Assembly: GCA_040767195.1 (NCBI GenBank)
Contig: JAXGPA010000001.1
Location: 768,001 to 832,000, forward strand
From: Syntrophales bacterium
Lineage (GTDB): Bacteria; Desulfobacterota; Syntrophia; Syntrophales; UBA6807
DNA: 64,000 nt
Direction: 5' to 3'
The notes below the pieces were generated by a model, which did not search any database, was not told the DNA's origin, and saw only the letters and a program-made list of their open reading frames with translations. The translations under genes were made by a program, and so were the position numbers. Of the stretch, positions 29,122-39,586 are shown piece by piece (position 1 is the first letter of the stretch; each line of letters begins with the position of its first letter).

Positions 29122-29380
29122 CCTCATCCCCGACAAACTCGGTGTCCATATCCGTGTACTTGTCGTTTTCCATACGGGTGTGAAGATACTCGGCATGGGC
29201 GAACCGGACCTTTCCGGCGGCGATTTCCCGGAGGGCCGTCACGATTTCCCGGTTTCCCCGGTCGGGGATGAGCATCCGGGACTCCTTGAGGAGCTGCTTG
29301 GTCCTCTGGGCGGACAGGATGACGAGGGCGAACCTGTTGAAGGCCACCCTCAAGGAATCTTCCACGGTAATTCTTGCCAT
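29108..29380 (-). CDS. rpoZ: RNA polymerase omega subunit
   Basis: MARITVED...NRFALV...ALREIA; follows gmk. Confidence 0.92.
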   Translation of the reverse strand: MARITVEDSLRVAFNRFALVILSAQRTKQLLKESRMLIPDRGNREIVTALREIAAGKVRFAHAEYLHTRMENDKYTDMDTEFVGDEDDLD

Positions 29381-29399
29381 ACGATTCAATACCTCCCCG

Positions 29400-30050
29400 T
29401 TATCGGCGAAGGAAGGGGCTGAGCCTCTTTTCCTGCCGGCCGACTCTTATTTTTTCCGCCACGTAAACGGCTTTCATGGCGTCGATGGATGTCTTGAGAT
29501 CTTCATTGAAAATCACATAATCATACCACAACGCCTCCTGAATTTCATCAAGGGCCCGTGAAATTCTCCTTTTCAGGGCATCACGGTCCTCAGAACCCCT
29601 CTGGGACAGCCTTTCCTCCAGGACCTCAAGGGATGGGGGAAGAATGAAGATGAAGACACCCCGGGGGAAATAGTCCCGTATGCGGCGCCCTCCCCGGGGA
29701 TCCACGTCAAAGAGAACATCCCGGCCCTGGCGAAGCTTCCCTTCCACCTCTTCCCGGGGCGTCCCGTAGTAGTGACCGAAATTTTCTTCCCATTCGAGAA
29801 ATTCGCCCTGCTCTATATTTTTCCGGAATGCCTCCCGGGAGATGAACCGGTAGTCCCGGCCGTCGACTTCCCCGGGCCTCGGGGCCCGGGTCGTGCTGGA
29901 AACGGAAAAATAAACATCGGGATAGGCCTTCAAAAAAGCCCTGCAGATGGAGGTCTTGCCGCCTCCGGAGGGGGCGGACACCACGAGGACGACATTCTGG
30001 TCTCTTCGGTCCGTTTCCATGGAAATCTCCGGCAAGGGCCTCTTTATCAC
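29400..30050 (-). CDS. gmk: Guanylate kinase
   Basis: SAPSGGGKTS, STTRAPRPGEVDGRDY, YYGT, FILPPS; alternative start ATG 30020. Confidence 0.95.
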   Translation of the reverse strand: MIKRPLPEISMETDRRDQNVVLVVSAPSGGGKTSICRAFLKAYPDVYFSVSSTTRAPRPGEVDGRDYRFISREAFRKNIEQGEFLEWEENFGHYYGTPREEVEGKLRQGRDVLFDVDPRGGRRIRDYFPRGVFIFILPPSLEVLEERLSQRGSEDRDALKRRISRALDEIQEALWYDYVIFNEDLKTSIDAMKAVYVAEKIRVGRQEKRLSPFLRR

Positions 30051-30931
30051 TCTACGTTTTGAACCTGCTCCCGCAGCTTGGCCAGTTCACTCTTGATGTC
30101 TATCACCGCCCGGGCCATGTCGACGTCACCGCTTTTAGACCCTATCGTGTTGATTTCCCTGTGCATCTCCTGGAGCAGGAAGTCGAGTTTCCGACCCACC
30201 GGTTCGCCGCTCTCCAGCATTTCCAGGAACTGTTTCCCGTGACTTTCAAGACGGACCAATTCCTCCGTAATGTCGCTCTTTTCCACCAGGATGGCGATTT
30301 CCTGGGTCATCCGCCCTTCGTCCAGGGGCAATTCCCCCATGAGTTCCCGAACCCTCTCGGTAAACTTCCGCTGAAATTCCGCCTGAACGGCGGGAACCCG
30401 GGAACGGATCTGGTCGACCCATTGAAGGACATTCCCGACCCGGGCCAGCAGATCCTGGCGAAGGGCGTCCCCCTCGGTCTCCCGCATGGCCGTCAGGGCA
30501 TCCAGCGCCTTCGAGAGACCGGCGGTAACGAGGGCGCGGAGTTCCTCCGGGGCCGGGGCCGTTTCCTCGTAGACCAGGGCGTCCCGGACGGCGAGGGCCA
30601 TGGCCAGCGTGGGCCGGTCCTCGAAGCTGAATGTCTCACGGACTTTTTCCGCCTCCCGGAGGTAACGCTCGATGAGAGGGACGTTGGCCCGGAGAACGCC
30701 CGTCGTTTCGGCGCCGGGATCGACATCCAGCTGCAAGTTGACCTCCACCCGCCCGCGGGCGATGATCGCGGCCAGCTGTTTTCGAACATCGCTTTCCAGG
30801 GAGGCCAGGGCGCCGGGAAGACGGACAATGGCCTCCAGGTTTCGGTGATTCAGTGATTTTACTTCCACGGTAAGCTTTTTCCCCGCGGCGGCCGTCTCGG
30901 CTCTTCCGAATCCCGTCATGCTCCGAATCAT
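30047..30931 (-). CDS. yicC: YicC/YloC family endoribonuclease
   Basis: SMTGFG, KSLNHR, DITEELVRL, GRKLDFLLQEMHREINTIGSK, REQVQNVE. Confidence 0.93.
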   Translation of the reverse strand: MIRSMTGFGRAETAAAGKKLTVEVKSLNHRNLEAIVRLPGALASLESDVRKQLAAIIARGRVEVNLQLDVDPGAETTGVLRANVPLIERYLREAEKVRETFSFEDRPTLAMALAVRDALVYEETAPAPEELRALVTAGLSKALDALTAMRETEGDALRQDLLARVGNVLQWVDQIRSRVPAVQAEFQRKFTERVRELMGELPLDEGRMTQEIAILVEKSDITEELVRLESHGKQFLEMLESGEPVGRKLDFLLQEMHREINTIGSKSGDVDMARAVIDIKSELAKLREQVQNVE

Positions 30932-31494
30932 TGTGTCACGCCTTCCCGGTCACGGACCGGGCTCCTTTCCGTTTCCTTCCGTTGAAGGAGATATTTTCTC
31001 CGGATGGACAGGAGCATCTGGTGCATCCGCTCCTCCCGATAGTCCGGATAGGTCCAGGGAAGCGGGTGAAAGGCCCCGTCCCTGTAAATAAGGGTGAGAT
31101 CGGCATAAATGCCCTGCCTCAGGTAGGGCCGGTGCGCGTATCCTTTTCCGGTGGCCAGGATCAGGTGAAAGGCCGACAGATACCCCGGGTCGATGTTGAT
31201 CCTTCTTTTGCCGTTCAGAGCCGTCCCGTCCTCCAGGTCATTGGTCCAGATCTTGATTCCCGGAAGCCTGTCCGGCGCGATGAGGGTCTCGAAGGACAGG
31301 AGCCGTCGTTCCAGGAAAGGACCTATCTCGTCAGCGTAATAATCGGTATAGGTAAAGGGGATATACTCGCTCACGAAGTCGGGCGGTCCCGCCCCGGCGG
31401 CGAGGTCCCCCATGATCCCGCTCATCAGGTCCCGGTCCCCGGACAGGAGACTCATGATCAGTTTGACGGGCTCGGGCTTTCGGACGCGGCTCAC
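30928..31494 (-). CDS. DUF4416 family protein
   Basis: TDYY, RRINIDPGY, LATGK..AHRPYL..GIYA, PWTYPDY; position upstream of yicC. Confidence 0.8.
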   Translation of the reverse strand: MSRVRKPEPVKLIMSLLSGDRDLMSGIMGDLAAGAGPPDFVSEYIPFTYTDYYADEIGPFLERRLLSFETLIAPDRLPGIKIWTNDLEDGTALNGKRRINIDPGYLSAFHLILATGKGYAHRPYLRQGIYADLTLIYRDGAFHPLPWTYPDYREERMHQMLLSIRRKYLLQRKETERSPVRDREGVTQ

Positions 31495-32468
31495 AGGACC
31501 CGTCTCAACTCCTCCCGGGTCGCCGTGGCCGTTCCCACTTTGCCCACGACGATACCCGCGGCGTGATTGGCCAGCGCGGCCGCCTCCCTCAAAGTCGCCC
31601 CGGACGCGACGGCCAGGGCGAGCACCCCGATCACCGTGTCCCCCGCACCGGTGACATCGAAGACCTCCTTGGCCACGGCGGGGATGTGGACCGCTTCCCC
31701 GAGCCGCTCCACCAGGGTCATGCCTTCCTCTCCCCGGGTGATGAGGACCGACCCGACGTCATATTTTCGAAGCAGTTCCCGGCCCACCGCAACGATATCC
31801 CCCGTCCCCTCCCGCCCGAGAGCCCTCATGGCCTCGTGATGGTTGGGCGTAATGACGTGACAGCCTTCGTAAAGGGAGAAATCGTTCACCTTGGGGTCGG
31901 CGCAGAGAAAAACCTTCTCTTTTTCAAGAATCTTTCGAATCCCCTTGAGAAGGTCCCGGGAAACCATACCCTTGCCGTAATCGGAAATAACGACCGCCCC
32001 CAGACCTTTGCTGACCTTTTCAAGGTAGCGAAGAACGCGGTCGGCGCTTTTCATCCCCACGGCGGCCTTTTTCTCCCTGTCAAAACGGACGACCTGCTGG
32101 TGATGGGCCACAACCCGCGTTTTAAGAGTCGTCGGGCGGCCCGGCTCAACGATCAGGCCCTCCGTGTCCACGCCCATCCTCTGCAGTTCTTCCAGGAGCC
32201 AGCTGCCCATGGCATCAGACCCGACAACACCTGAAACCAAAACATTTCCACCCATGGAATGAATATTGTTCAGCACGTTGGCGCACCCGCCAAGGAGAAG
32301 GGACTCGGACAGGACATCCACGACCGGAACAGGTGCTTCGGGCGAGATACGGCTGACCCGGCCCCAGACAAACTGGTCCACCATGAGGTCCCCAAGCACC
32401 AGGACCCTCGCCTTGTCAAACCGGTCCATGATTTCGCCGGCTCTCTTCCGGCTCAGGATTTTCACCAT
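31491..32468 (-). CDS. hldA: D-glycero-beta-D-manno-heptose-7-phosphate kinase (stand-alone RfaE domain I)
   Basis: RISPEAPVPV, GGCANV, KTRV, SDYGKG, DPK, TPN, DVTGAGDTV. Confidence 0.92.
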   Translation of the reverse strand: MVKILSRKRAGEIMDRFDKARVLVLGDLMVDQFVWGRVSRISPEAPVPVVDVLSESLLLGGCANVLNNIHSMGGNVLVSGVVGSDAMGSWLLEELQRMGVDTEGLIVEPGRPTTLKTRVVAHHQQVVRFDREKKAAVGMKSADRVLRYLEKVSKGLGAVVISDYGKGMVSRDLLKGIRKILEKEKVFLCADPKVNDFSLYEGCHVITPNHHEAMRALGREGTGDIVAVGRELLRKYDVGSVLITRGEEGMTLVERLGEAVHIPAVAKEVFDVTGAGDTVIGVLALAVASGATLREAAALANHAAGIVVGKVGTATATREELRRVL

Positions 32469-32809
32469 GGGGGCGCTCTCCTCCGTTACGGGCCGCCTCT
32501 TTTTGAGTTTCATGATGTTTAAACCATAACGATCAAAAAAACAACTATTTATCTTCAAAAAACGATGCCGGAGCCCAAAAACCTTCAACTCCAACAGGGG
32601 AACGGCCCAAAAGAGTGGCCCCGTGGTGACGGGATACAGCCCCCATGCCCTGCCGCCTTCCAGGGAGGCCCCGCCTCAATTCAGGCTTGACTAAAAAACA
32701 AAAAGGATATAGTGATCATGAACTTATACTTGGCATAAAATTTACAGAGGAGAAAAAAGGCGAACCGGCCCTCAAAAGGCCCGGATATCCCCACGAAGGG
32801 TCTCGAATA

Positions 32810-34297
32810 ATGGAAGATGAATTGATCAGGATCCGGAGAGAGAAGCTGGAATCTCTGGGAAAGGACGACGCCGGTCTTTACCCGAACGACGTGAAGGTGA
32901 CGGCGACGACGGACGAACTCCATGACCGTTTCGACGACAGGCCCCCGGAGGAACTCGCCTCCCTCGATGAAACATTCGATCTCGCCGGACGGATCATGGC
33001 CCTGAGAAACTTCGGAAAAGCCTCTTTTCTGAACCTTCAGGACCGGAAGGGCCGCATTCAGGTCTACGTCAAGAAGGACGGCATCGGAGAGCCCGCCTTC
33101 GAGTCCTTCAGGAAAATGGACATCGGGGACATCATCTTCGCCTCAGGGCCGGTCTTCAAAACCCGCACGGGGGAACTGACCGTCGAAGCCCGCCAGATCC
33201 GTCTCCTTGCCAAGGCGCTCCGTCCGCTCCCGGAAAAATGGCACGGCCTCACCGATGTGGAGATCCGGTACCGGCAGCGTCATCTCGATCTAATCGTCAA
33301 CCCCCAGGTCCGGGACGTCTTCCGGAAACGGAGCCGGATCGTCCAGCTGATCCGGGATTTCATGCACAGCCGGGATTTCCTGGAAGTCGAGACGCCCATG
33401 ATGCACCCCGTGGCGGGCGGGGCCATGGCGAAACCCTTTAAAACCTATCACAACACCCTGGCCATGGACCTTTATCTCCGGATCGCGCCGGAACTCTACC
33501 TCAAGCGACTCGTCGTCGGCGGACTGGAACGGGTTTATGAAATCAACCGGAACTTCCGGAACGAAGGCGTATCGACGCTCCACAACCCCGAATTCACCAT
33601 GATCGAGTTCTACATGGCCTATGCCGATTACGAAGATCTCATGGTCCTGACGGAAGAGCTCCTGAACCACATCGCCTTCGAACTTTTCCGGTCCCCCCGG
33701 TTTGTCTACCAGGGGACGGAAATCGACCTGACACCCCCCTGGAAAAGGATCAGCGTCAGGGACGCCGTCGTCGAATACGGCAACGTGGATCCCGATCTCC
33801 TGAAAGACGGCCCGTCCCTTTTCCGGTTCGCCCTGGAGCAGGGTTATAACGTCAAGGAAAGCGACCCTCCCGGAAAAGTCCTCATGACCGTTTTCGAGGA
33901 ACGGGTCGAATCCAAGCTCATCCAGCCGACCTTTGTCACGGGATACCCCATCGAGGTCTCCCCCCTGTCGCGAAGAAACGCCGGGGACCACGATATCGCC
34001 GACCGTTTTGAGCTCTACATTTTCGGGAGGGAGATCGCCAACGCCTTCTCCGAGTTGAACGATCCGGCGGATCAGCGTGAACGCTTTCTTCTCCAGCTGC
34101 GCGAACGAGAGGGGGGCGACGAGGAGGCCCACGTCATGGATGAGGACTACGTGACGGCCCTCGAGTACGGAATGCCGCCCACGGCGGGAGAAGGCATCGG
34201 TATCGACCGGCTCGTCATGCTCTTCACCGATTCTCCCTCCATCCGGGACGTCGTTCTTTTCCCCCAGATGCGGGCGAAGGAAGGAACGACCCCATAG
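32810..34297 (+). CDS. lysS: Lysine--tRNA ligase (class II)
   Basis: [30 protein letters not shown]...[22 protein letters not shown]. Confidence 0.97.
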   Translation: MEDELIRIRREKLESLGKDDAGLYPNDVKVTATTDELHDRFDDRPPEELASLDETFDLAGRIMALRNFGKASFLNLQDRKGRIQVYVKKDGIGEPAFESFRKMDIGDIIFASGPVFKTRTGELTVEARQIRLLAKALRPLPEKWHGLTDVEIRYRQRHLDLIVNPQVRDVFRKRSRIVQLIRDFMHSRDFLEVETPMMHPVAGGAMAKPFKTYHNTLAMDLYLRIAPELYLKRLVVGGLERVYEINRNFRNEGVSTLHNPEFTMIEFYMAYADYEDLMVLTEELLNHIAFELFRSPRFVYQGTEIDLTPPWKRISVRDAVVEYGNVDPDLLKDGPSLFRFALEQGYNVKESDPPGKVLMTVFEERVESKLIQPTFVTGYPIEVSPLSRRNAGDHDIADRFELYIFGREIANAFSELNDPADQRERFLLQLREREGGDEEAHVMDEDYVTALEYGMPPTAGEGIGIDRLVMLFTDSPSIRDVVLFPQMRAKEGTTP

Positions 34298-34374
34298 ACC
34301 GCCCTTCGGGGCCCGGCGGGAAAACCGCCGGAACGGATAGGCAATGAACCCATCAGGGAGCGTCCCGGCCGTAC

Positions 34375-35646
34375 ATGTCCATCTATGAATTTTTCATAGC
34401 CCGCCGTTATCTGCAGGCACGACGGAAACAGATGTTCGTTTCTCTTGTTTCCTTCATGTCCGTCATGGGTATTTTTTTGGGCGTCGCCGCTCTCATCATC
34501 GTCCTGGCGGTCATGAACGGCTTCGAAACGGACCTGCGCAACAAGATCCTGGGAATAAATTCGCACATCATTCTCATGAAATACACCGGCGCCCTGGAAG
34601 GGTACCCCTCGGTCAGGGAAAAGGTGGAAAAACTTCCTGGCGTCGTCGCCTCCACTCCTTTCATCTACGGCCAGGCTATGATCAAGAAGGACGACCGGGT
34701 CACGGGGATCGTCCTTCGGGGCATCGACCCCGAGAGCGTGGGGAATGTCATCGATTTCGGAAAAATCTCCGTGGGAAACGTGGGTGATCTCGAAGGATGG
34801 ATGGCGGATGAAAAGGAAGGAGGGGCGGAACAGCCGGGCATTCTCATCGGCAAGGAACTCTCCGGACAGATCGGCGCCTTTCTCGGTGACACCGTGGAGG
34901 TTCTCTCTCCCATGGGGGTCCCGACGCCCATCGGGCTTGTCCCTAAAATCAGTAAATTCCAGGTCGCGGGCATCTTCGACTCGGGCTTTTACGAATACGA
35001 CGCCTCCCTGGCTTTCATTTCCCTCGCCGAATCCCAGAATTTCCTCAACATGGGAGACGCCGTAACAGGTCTGGAAATCAAGGTCAGGAATCTGTACGAG
35101 GCCGAAAAGATCGCCCGGGCCGTAGAAGCAGAACTCGGTTACCCTTTCTGGGCCAGGAACTGGATGCAGATGAACAAGAATCTCTTTGCCGCCCTGCGCC
35201 TGGAAAAGCGGGTCATGTTCATCATCCTGAGCCTCATCGTCCTCGTGGCCGCCTTCAACATCATCACGTCCCTCACCATGGTGGTCATGGAAAAGACGAA
35301 AGACATCGCCATCCTGAAATCCCTTGGGGCCACCGCATCGAACATAATGAAGATATTTATGATCCAGGGAATCATCATCGGCGCCGCGGGAACCCTCCTG
35401 GGCTGCGCGGCGGGGATTCTCGTGGCCCTGCGCCTGGAGAAAATTTCCCTCTTCGTCGAAGATCTCTTCGGATTCAAGATCCTGCCGGGAGATGTGTACT
35501 ACCTGAGCCAGCTGCCGTCGCGGATCGACTACGGGGATGTGTTCCTCATCGTTGTCGTCGCCATGATCCTCAGTTTTCTCGCCACGCTCTATCCGGCGTG
35601 GCGGGCCTCCCGGCTGGATCCGGTGGAAGCCCTGCGCTATGAATGA
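34375..35646 (+). CDS. lolC: Lipoprotein-releasing ABC permease LolC/E
   Basis: [51 protein letters not shown]. Confidence 0.93.
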   Translation: MSIYEFFIARRYLQARRKQMFVSLVSFMSVMGIFLGVAALIIVLAVMNGFETDLRNKILGINSHIILMKYTGALEGYPSVREKVEKLPGVVASTPFIYGQAMIKKDDRVTGIVLRGIDPESVGNVIDFGKISVGNVGDLEGWMADEKEGGAEQPGILIGKELSGQIGAFLGDTVEVLSPMGVPTPIGLVPKISKFQVAGIFDSGFYEYDASLAFISLAESQNFLNMGDAVTGLEIKVRNLYEAEKIARAVEAELGYPFWARNWMQMNKNLFAALRLEKRVMFIILSLIVLVAAFNIITSLTMVVMEKTKDIAILKSLGATASNIMKIFMIQGIIIGAAGTLLGCAAGILVALRLEKISLFVEDLFGFKILPGDVYYLSQLPSRIDYGDVFLIVVVAMILSFLATLYPAWRASRLDPVEALRYE

Positions 35647-36358
35647 CGAGGACGCCATGACTGTCGAGACGACCCCCCTTCTGGCCGCGGAAAACCTCTT
35701 CCGCACATTCATCAAGAACGGCACCACCGTTGAAGTTCTCAAAGGAGTAAACCTGGCCGTACGGCGGGGGGACTCCCTGGCCGTTGTGGGCGTTTCAGGC
35801 GCCGGGAAAAGCACGCTCCTGACAATCCTGGGGGCTCTCGACCACCCAACGGCGGGAAGGGTTCTGTACAACGGGATCGATATCTTCGAGTGGAACGACG
35901 GGCGGCGGTCGCGGTTCCGGAACGAAAAAGTCGGCTTCGTGTTCCAGTCTCACCATCTTCTGCCCGAATTCACGAGCCTGGAAAACACCATGATGCCCGC
36001 CCTGATTCACGGGCACCCGCAGAGAAAAGCCCGGGAAAAGGCGACCCTTCTCTTGACGGACTTGGGCCTCGGTGATAGATTGACCCACAAACCCGGAGAG
36101 CTGTCAGGCGGGGAACAGCAGCGGGTCGCCATCGCCCGCGCTCTCGTCATGGAACCGGAAATTCTACTCGCCGATGAACCGACGGGAAATCTCGACACGA
36201 AAACAGGTGAGAACATTCAGGAGATTCTCCTGGAGCTGAATCGAAACCGGAAAATCACGCTCGTCATCGTGACCCACAATGAGCGGCTGGCAAAGCGGAT
36301 GACCCGCTTTGTCGGCATCAAGGACGGTCTCCTCTATGAAATCAGGTCACCCGAATAA
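35639..36358 (+). CDS. lolD: Lipoprotein-releasing ABC ATPase LolD
   Basis: [39 protein letters not shown]. Confidence 0.93.
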   Translation: MNDEDAMTVETTPLLAAENLFRTFIKNGTTVEVLKGVNLAVRRGDSLAVVGVSGAGKSTLLTILGALDHPTAGRVLYNGIDIFEWNDGRRSRFRNEKVGFVFQSHHLLPEFTSLENTMMPALIHGHPQRKAREKATLLLTDLGLGDRLTHKPGELSGGEQQRVAIARALVMEPEILLADEPTGNLDTKTGENIQEILLELNRNRKITLVIVTHNERLAKRMTRFVGIKDGLLYEIRSPE

Positions 36359-38993
36359 TAGGCCCTTTTTCCCTCTCCTCATGCTCCTGACCGCTCTTTT
36401 GCTCGTATTCCCGGAAACACGGGCCCTTGGGGCCGACGGGCAACAAACGGTTCTTCTCGCCCCTTTCGCCGTTTACGCGTCCGAGGACAGCGGCGAAATC
36501 GGGAAAACGGCCATGGACACCCTGCATGCATACCTCATGGAAGCAGAGGATCTCCAAGTCATCGACGGGAGGGCTTTTCTCCCTTCCGGGCCGGGGAAAC
36601 CCGTCGATGAAACGGACATCCTGGCGCTGGGAAAGGCCCGGGGGGCGGATTTCACCATCACCGGAAGCCTCTCCTTCTTCGGCCGCCAGATCAGCGCCGA
36701 CGCCACGATACGGGATCTGGACTCGGGCGGCCGGACCGATCATTTCGTCCAGGGCCGGAACCGGGAGAATCTGCCGGCGGTCGTCCGAAGCCTCGGTGAG
36801 AAAATCGTCCTTTCCCTGCTCCCACAAAGAAAAATTTCGGAAATCCGCATCCGGGGAAACCGGAAAATCGAAAGCATCGCCATCCAGAACGCCCTGAAGA
36901 GCAAAAAAGGCATGCTTTTCGACAGGAAACGGGTGTCCGAGGACATCAAGAGCATTTACGCCATGGGCTATTTCAGCAACGTCGAGGCGGCAAAGGAAAC
37001 GGGCCCGGAAGGCATGACCCTGATTTATGCCGTCGAGGAAAAACCTCTCATCTCGGAAATCAATCTTCAGGGATTTGACGATATAAGCCGCGGAGAAATC
37101 GAAGCGGTCATGACCATAAAAACCCGCCAGATCCTCGACCTGGACCGTCTCAAGGCGGACATCGAGAAAATAAAGGCCCTGTACCATGACAAGGGTTACA
37201 GGAACGCTCTCGTCTCTTATGAAATTCAAGAAACAGGCAAGGATATCCGTGTCATTGTCAAGATAACGGAAAACGAAAAGCTCCACATCGAGTCCATCAC
37301 TTTCCGGGGAAACCGCGTCTTTACGGACAAGGAACTGAAAGACCTGATGAGCACCTCCGAAAAAGGCTTCTTTTCCTTCATCACCGACTCGGGGCTCCTG
37401 AAAACGGACCAGCTCAAGGAAGACGTCCAGAAGATCAGCGGCTATTACCACAATCACGGGTACATCGAGGCCACTGTAGGGGATCCGGAAATCACAAACG
37501 ACCTCGAGGGGATCTACATCGCCATTCCCATCACGGAAGGGAGACAGTTCAAGGTAGGGACCGTGGCCATCGAGGGAGACACCCTCTCCCGGCCCCGCCA
37601 GGACCTTCTCGACAACCTCAATATCAGTAAGAAGGATTACTTTGACCGGCAGGCGGTCCTGAAGGACGTGGACACCCTGGAGGAGATCTGCAACAACGAG
37701 GGTTACGCCTACGCGGTGGTTTCACCGGAAATCGTCACCCGGGAAAAGGAAGAGAGGGTGGATGTCATTTTACGCATCAGTAAAGGCATCCCCGTTTACT
37801 TCAACAGGATCACCATCGCGGGAAACTCCAAAACACGGGACAAGGTCATCCGTCGGGAGCTTGGTTTCGTCGAGGGAGAGGGCTACAGCCGGGATAAGCT
37901 GCAGAAAAGCTACATGAAACTCAACCAGCTCCGGTATTTCGAGGAGGTCAACTTTCAGACGGAGAAGGGCCCAGACGAAAGCCTCATGGACGTTAACATA
38001 CAGGTCAAGGAAATGGCGACGGGGCTCTTCAGCATCGGGGCGGGATACAGTGCCACCGAAAACGCCATCTTCATGGCCCAGGTGGCCCAGAGAAATCTCT
38101 TCGGCCGGGGACAGACCCTCAGCCTGAACGCCTATTTCGGTTCCCAGACGACCAATTACGAGCTCTCCTTCGAGGAGCCCTGGCTTTTCGACATGCCCCT
38201 CTGGAGCCGCCTGGAAGCCTGGAACATGGAAGTGGATTACGATACATACGATCTCGATACAAACGGTCTCGGCTTTACCCTTGGCTATCCCCTTTTCGAG
38301 TATTTCAAGGGATACGTGGAATACAAGCTTTCCCGCAACGATGTCTACAACATCGAAAACAATGCCTCCAGTTACATCAAGGATCAGGAAGGGGAACTGA
38401 CCTCCAGCGGGGTGACCCTGACCCTGATGAGAGACACGACGGACGACTGGATGTTTCCCAGCCGGGGGTCCAAGAACAGTGTTTCCGTCGAGCAGACGGG
38501 AACCATCTTCGGAGGCGACGCCGCCTACACGAAATACATCCTTTTTTCCTCGTGGTTCTTTCCCCTGCCCCTGGACAACGTGTTCAACATCCGCGGCAGG
38601 CTCGGATACATCTCCCCCATGGACGACAAGGAAGTTCCCGTTTACGAGCGGTTTTACCTGGGAGGCATATCCACCTTGAGAGGCCTTAGGGACGTGGGCC
38701 CCGTCGATCCCGTAACGGGGGATGTCATCGGCGGTCTCACCATGCTCAATTTCAACGCGGAAATCGTTTTCCCCCTGGTCAAGTCGGCGGGCATGAAAGG
38801 CGTCGTCTTTTTCGACACGGGAAACGCGTGGGAAAGCGGCTATGAACTGGGAGACATGCGGAAAACGGCGGGAGTCGGCATTCGCTGGTACTCTCCCGTC
38901 GGGCCGCTCAGGCTCGAGTGGGGATACGTCCTCGATCAAAAAGACGATGAACCGGCGAGCCGCTGGGAATTCACCATCGGAATGTTCATGTAA
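36336..38993 (+). CDS. bamA: Outer membrane protein assembly factor BamA with extra N-terminal domain
   Basis: POTRA repeats (GN..., GYF), NLFGRGQ, FYLGG..TLRG, C-terminal SPVGPLRLEWG...WEFTIG. Confidence 0.95.
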   Translation: MKSGHPNNRPFFPLLMLLTALLLVFPETRALGADGQQTVLLAPFAVYASEDSGEIGKTAMDTLHAYLMEAEDLQVIDGRAFLPSGPGKPVDETDILALGKARGADFTITGSLSFFGRQISADATIRDLDSGGRTDHFVQGRNRENLPAVVRSLGEKIVLSLLPQRKISEIRIRGNRKIESIAIQNALKSKKGMLFDRKRVSEDIKSIYAMGYFSNVEAAKETGPEGMTLIYAVEEKPLISEINLQGFDDISRGEIEAVMTIKTRQILDLDRLKADIEKIKALYHDKGYRNALVSYEIQETGKDIRVIVKITENEKLHIESITFRGNRVFTDKELKDLMSTSEKGFFSFITDSGLLKTDQLKEDVQKISGYYHNHGYIEATVGDPEITNDLEGIYIAIPITEGRQFKVGTVAIEGDTLSRPRQDLLDNLNISKKDYFDRQAVLKDVDTLEEICNNEGYAYAVVSPEIVTREKEERVDVILRISKGIPVYFNRITIAGNSKTRDKVIRRELGFVEGEGYSRDKLQKSYMKLNQLRYFEEVNFQTEKGPDESLMDVNIQVKEMATGLFSIGAGYSATENAIFMAQVAQRNLFGRGQTLSLNAYFGSQTTNYELSFEEPWLFDMPLWSRLEAWNMEVDYDTYDLDTNGLGFTLGYPLFEYFKGYVEYKLSRNDVYNIENNASSYIKDQEGELTSSGVTLTLMRDTTDDWMFPSRGSKNSVSVEQTGTIFGGDAAYTKYILFSSWFFPLPLDNVFNIRGRLGYISPMDDKEVPVYERFYLGGISTLRGLRDVGPVDPVTGDVIGGLTMLNFNAEIVFPLVKSAGMKGVVFFDTGNAWESGYELGDMRKTAGVGIRWYSPVGPLRLEWGYVLDQKDDEPASRWEFTIGMFM

Positions 38994-39035
38994 CCTTCCC
39001 CCGGGAAGACACAATTATTTTTTAAGGAGACTAAA

Positions 39036-39554
39036 ATGAAAAAGGTGCTTCTTCTGACGGTTCTGGTATTTTTTCTGACGGCGGGCAATCTCCTGGCGGC
39101 GGACAAGATCGCCATCATCAACATGAAGGTAATCCTTCAGAAATCCCTGGCGGGACAGGAGGCTACCAAGGAGTTTCAAAAAATATTCGACAAGACACGG
39201 GCCAAGATCGAGGCGGAAGAAAAGAAACTGCAGCAACTGAAGGAGACCCTGGAAAAGCAGCGGCTCATCCTCACCGAGGAGGCCCTGAAGGAAAAGGAAA
39301 TCGAATACGAGAAGCAATACCGGGATTACAAGCGGCTCGTCGAGGACTCCAACAACGACATGCAGCGCACCAACACGGAAATGAGCCAGAAAATGATTCC
39401 CGAGGTCCTTAAAATCGTCGCCGAAATGGGAAAGAGCGGCGGATACCTGGCCATATGGGACGCCGACAGCCCCGGTCTCGCTTACCACGCGCCGCAGATC
39501 GACCTTTCCGACAAGGTCATCGCCGAGTATGACAAGGTCTACAAAAAGAAATAA
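39036..39554 (+). CDS. skp: Periplasmic chaperone Skp/OmpH
   Basis: Signal peptide, KIAIINM, coiled-coil body, IDLSDKVI; between bamA and lpxD. Confidence 0.9.
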   Translation: MKKVLLLTVLVFFLTAGNLLAADKIAIINMKVILQKSLAGQEATKEFQKIFDKTRAKIEAEEKKLQQLKETLEKQRLILTEEALKEKEIEYEKQYRDYKRLVEDSNNDMQRTNTEMSQKMIPEVLKIVAEMGKSGGYLAIWDADSPGLAYHAPQIDLSDKVIAEYDKVYKKK

Positions 39555-39586
39555 CGGCCCCCATGGAAAAGCCGGGAGCCCGGAAG

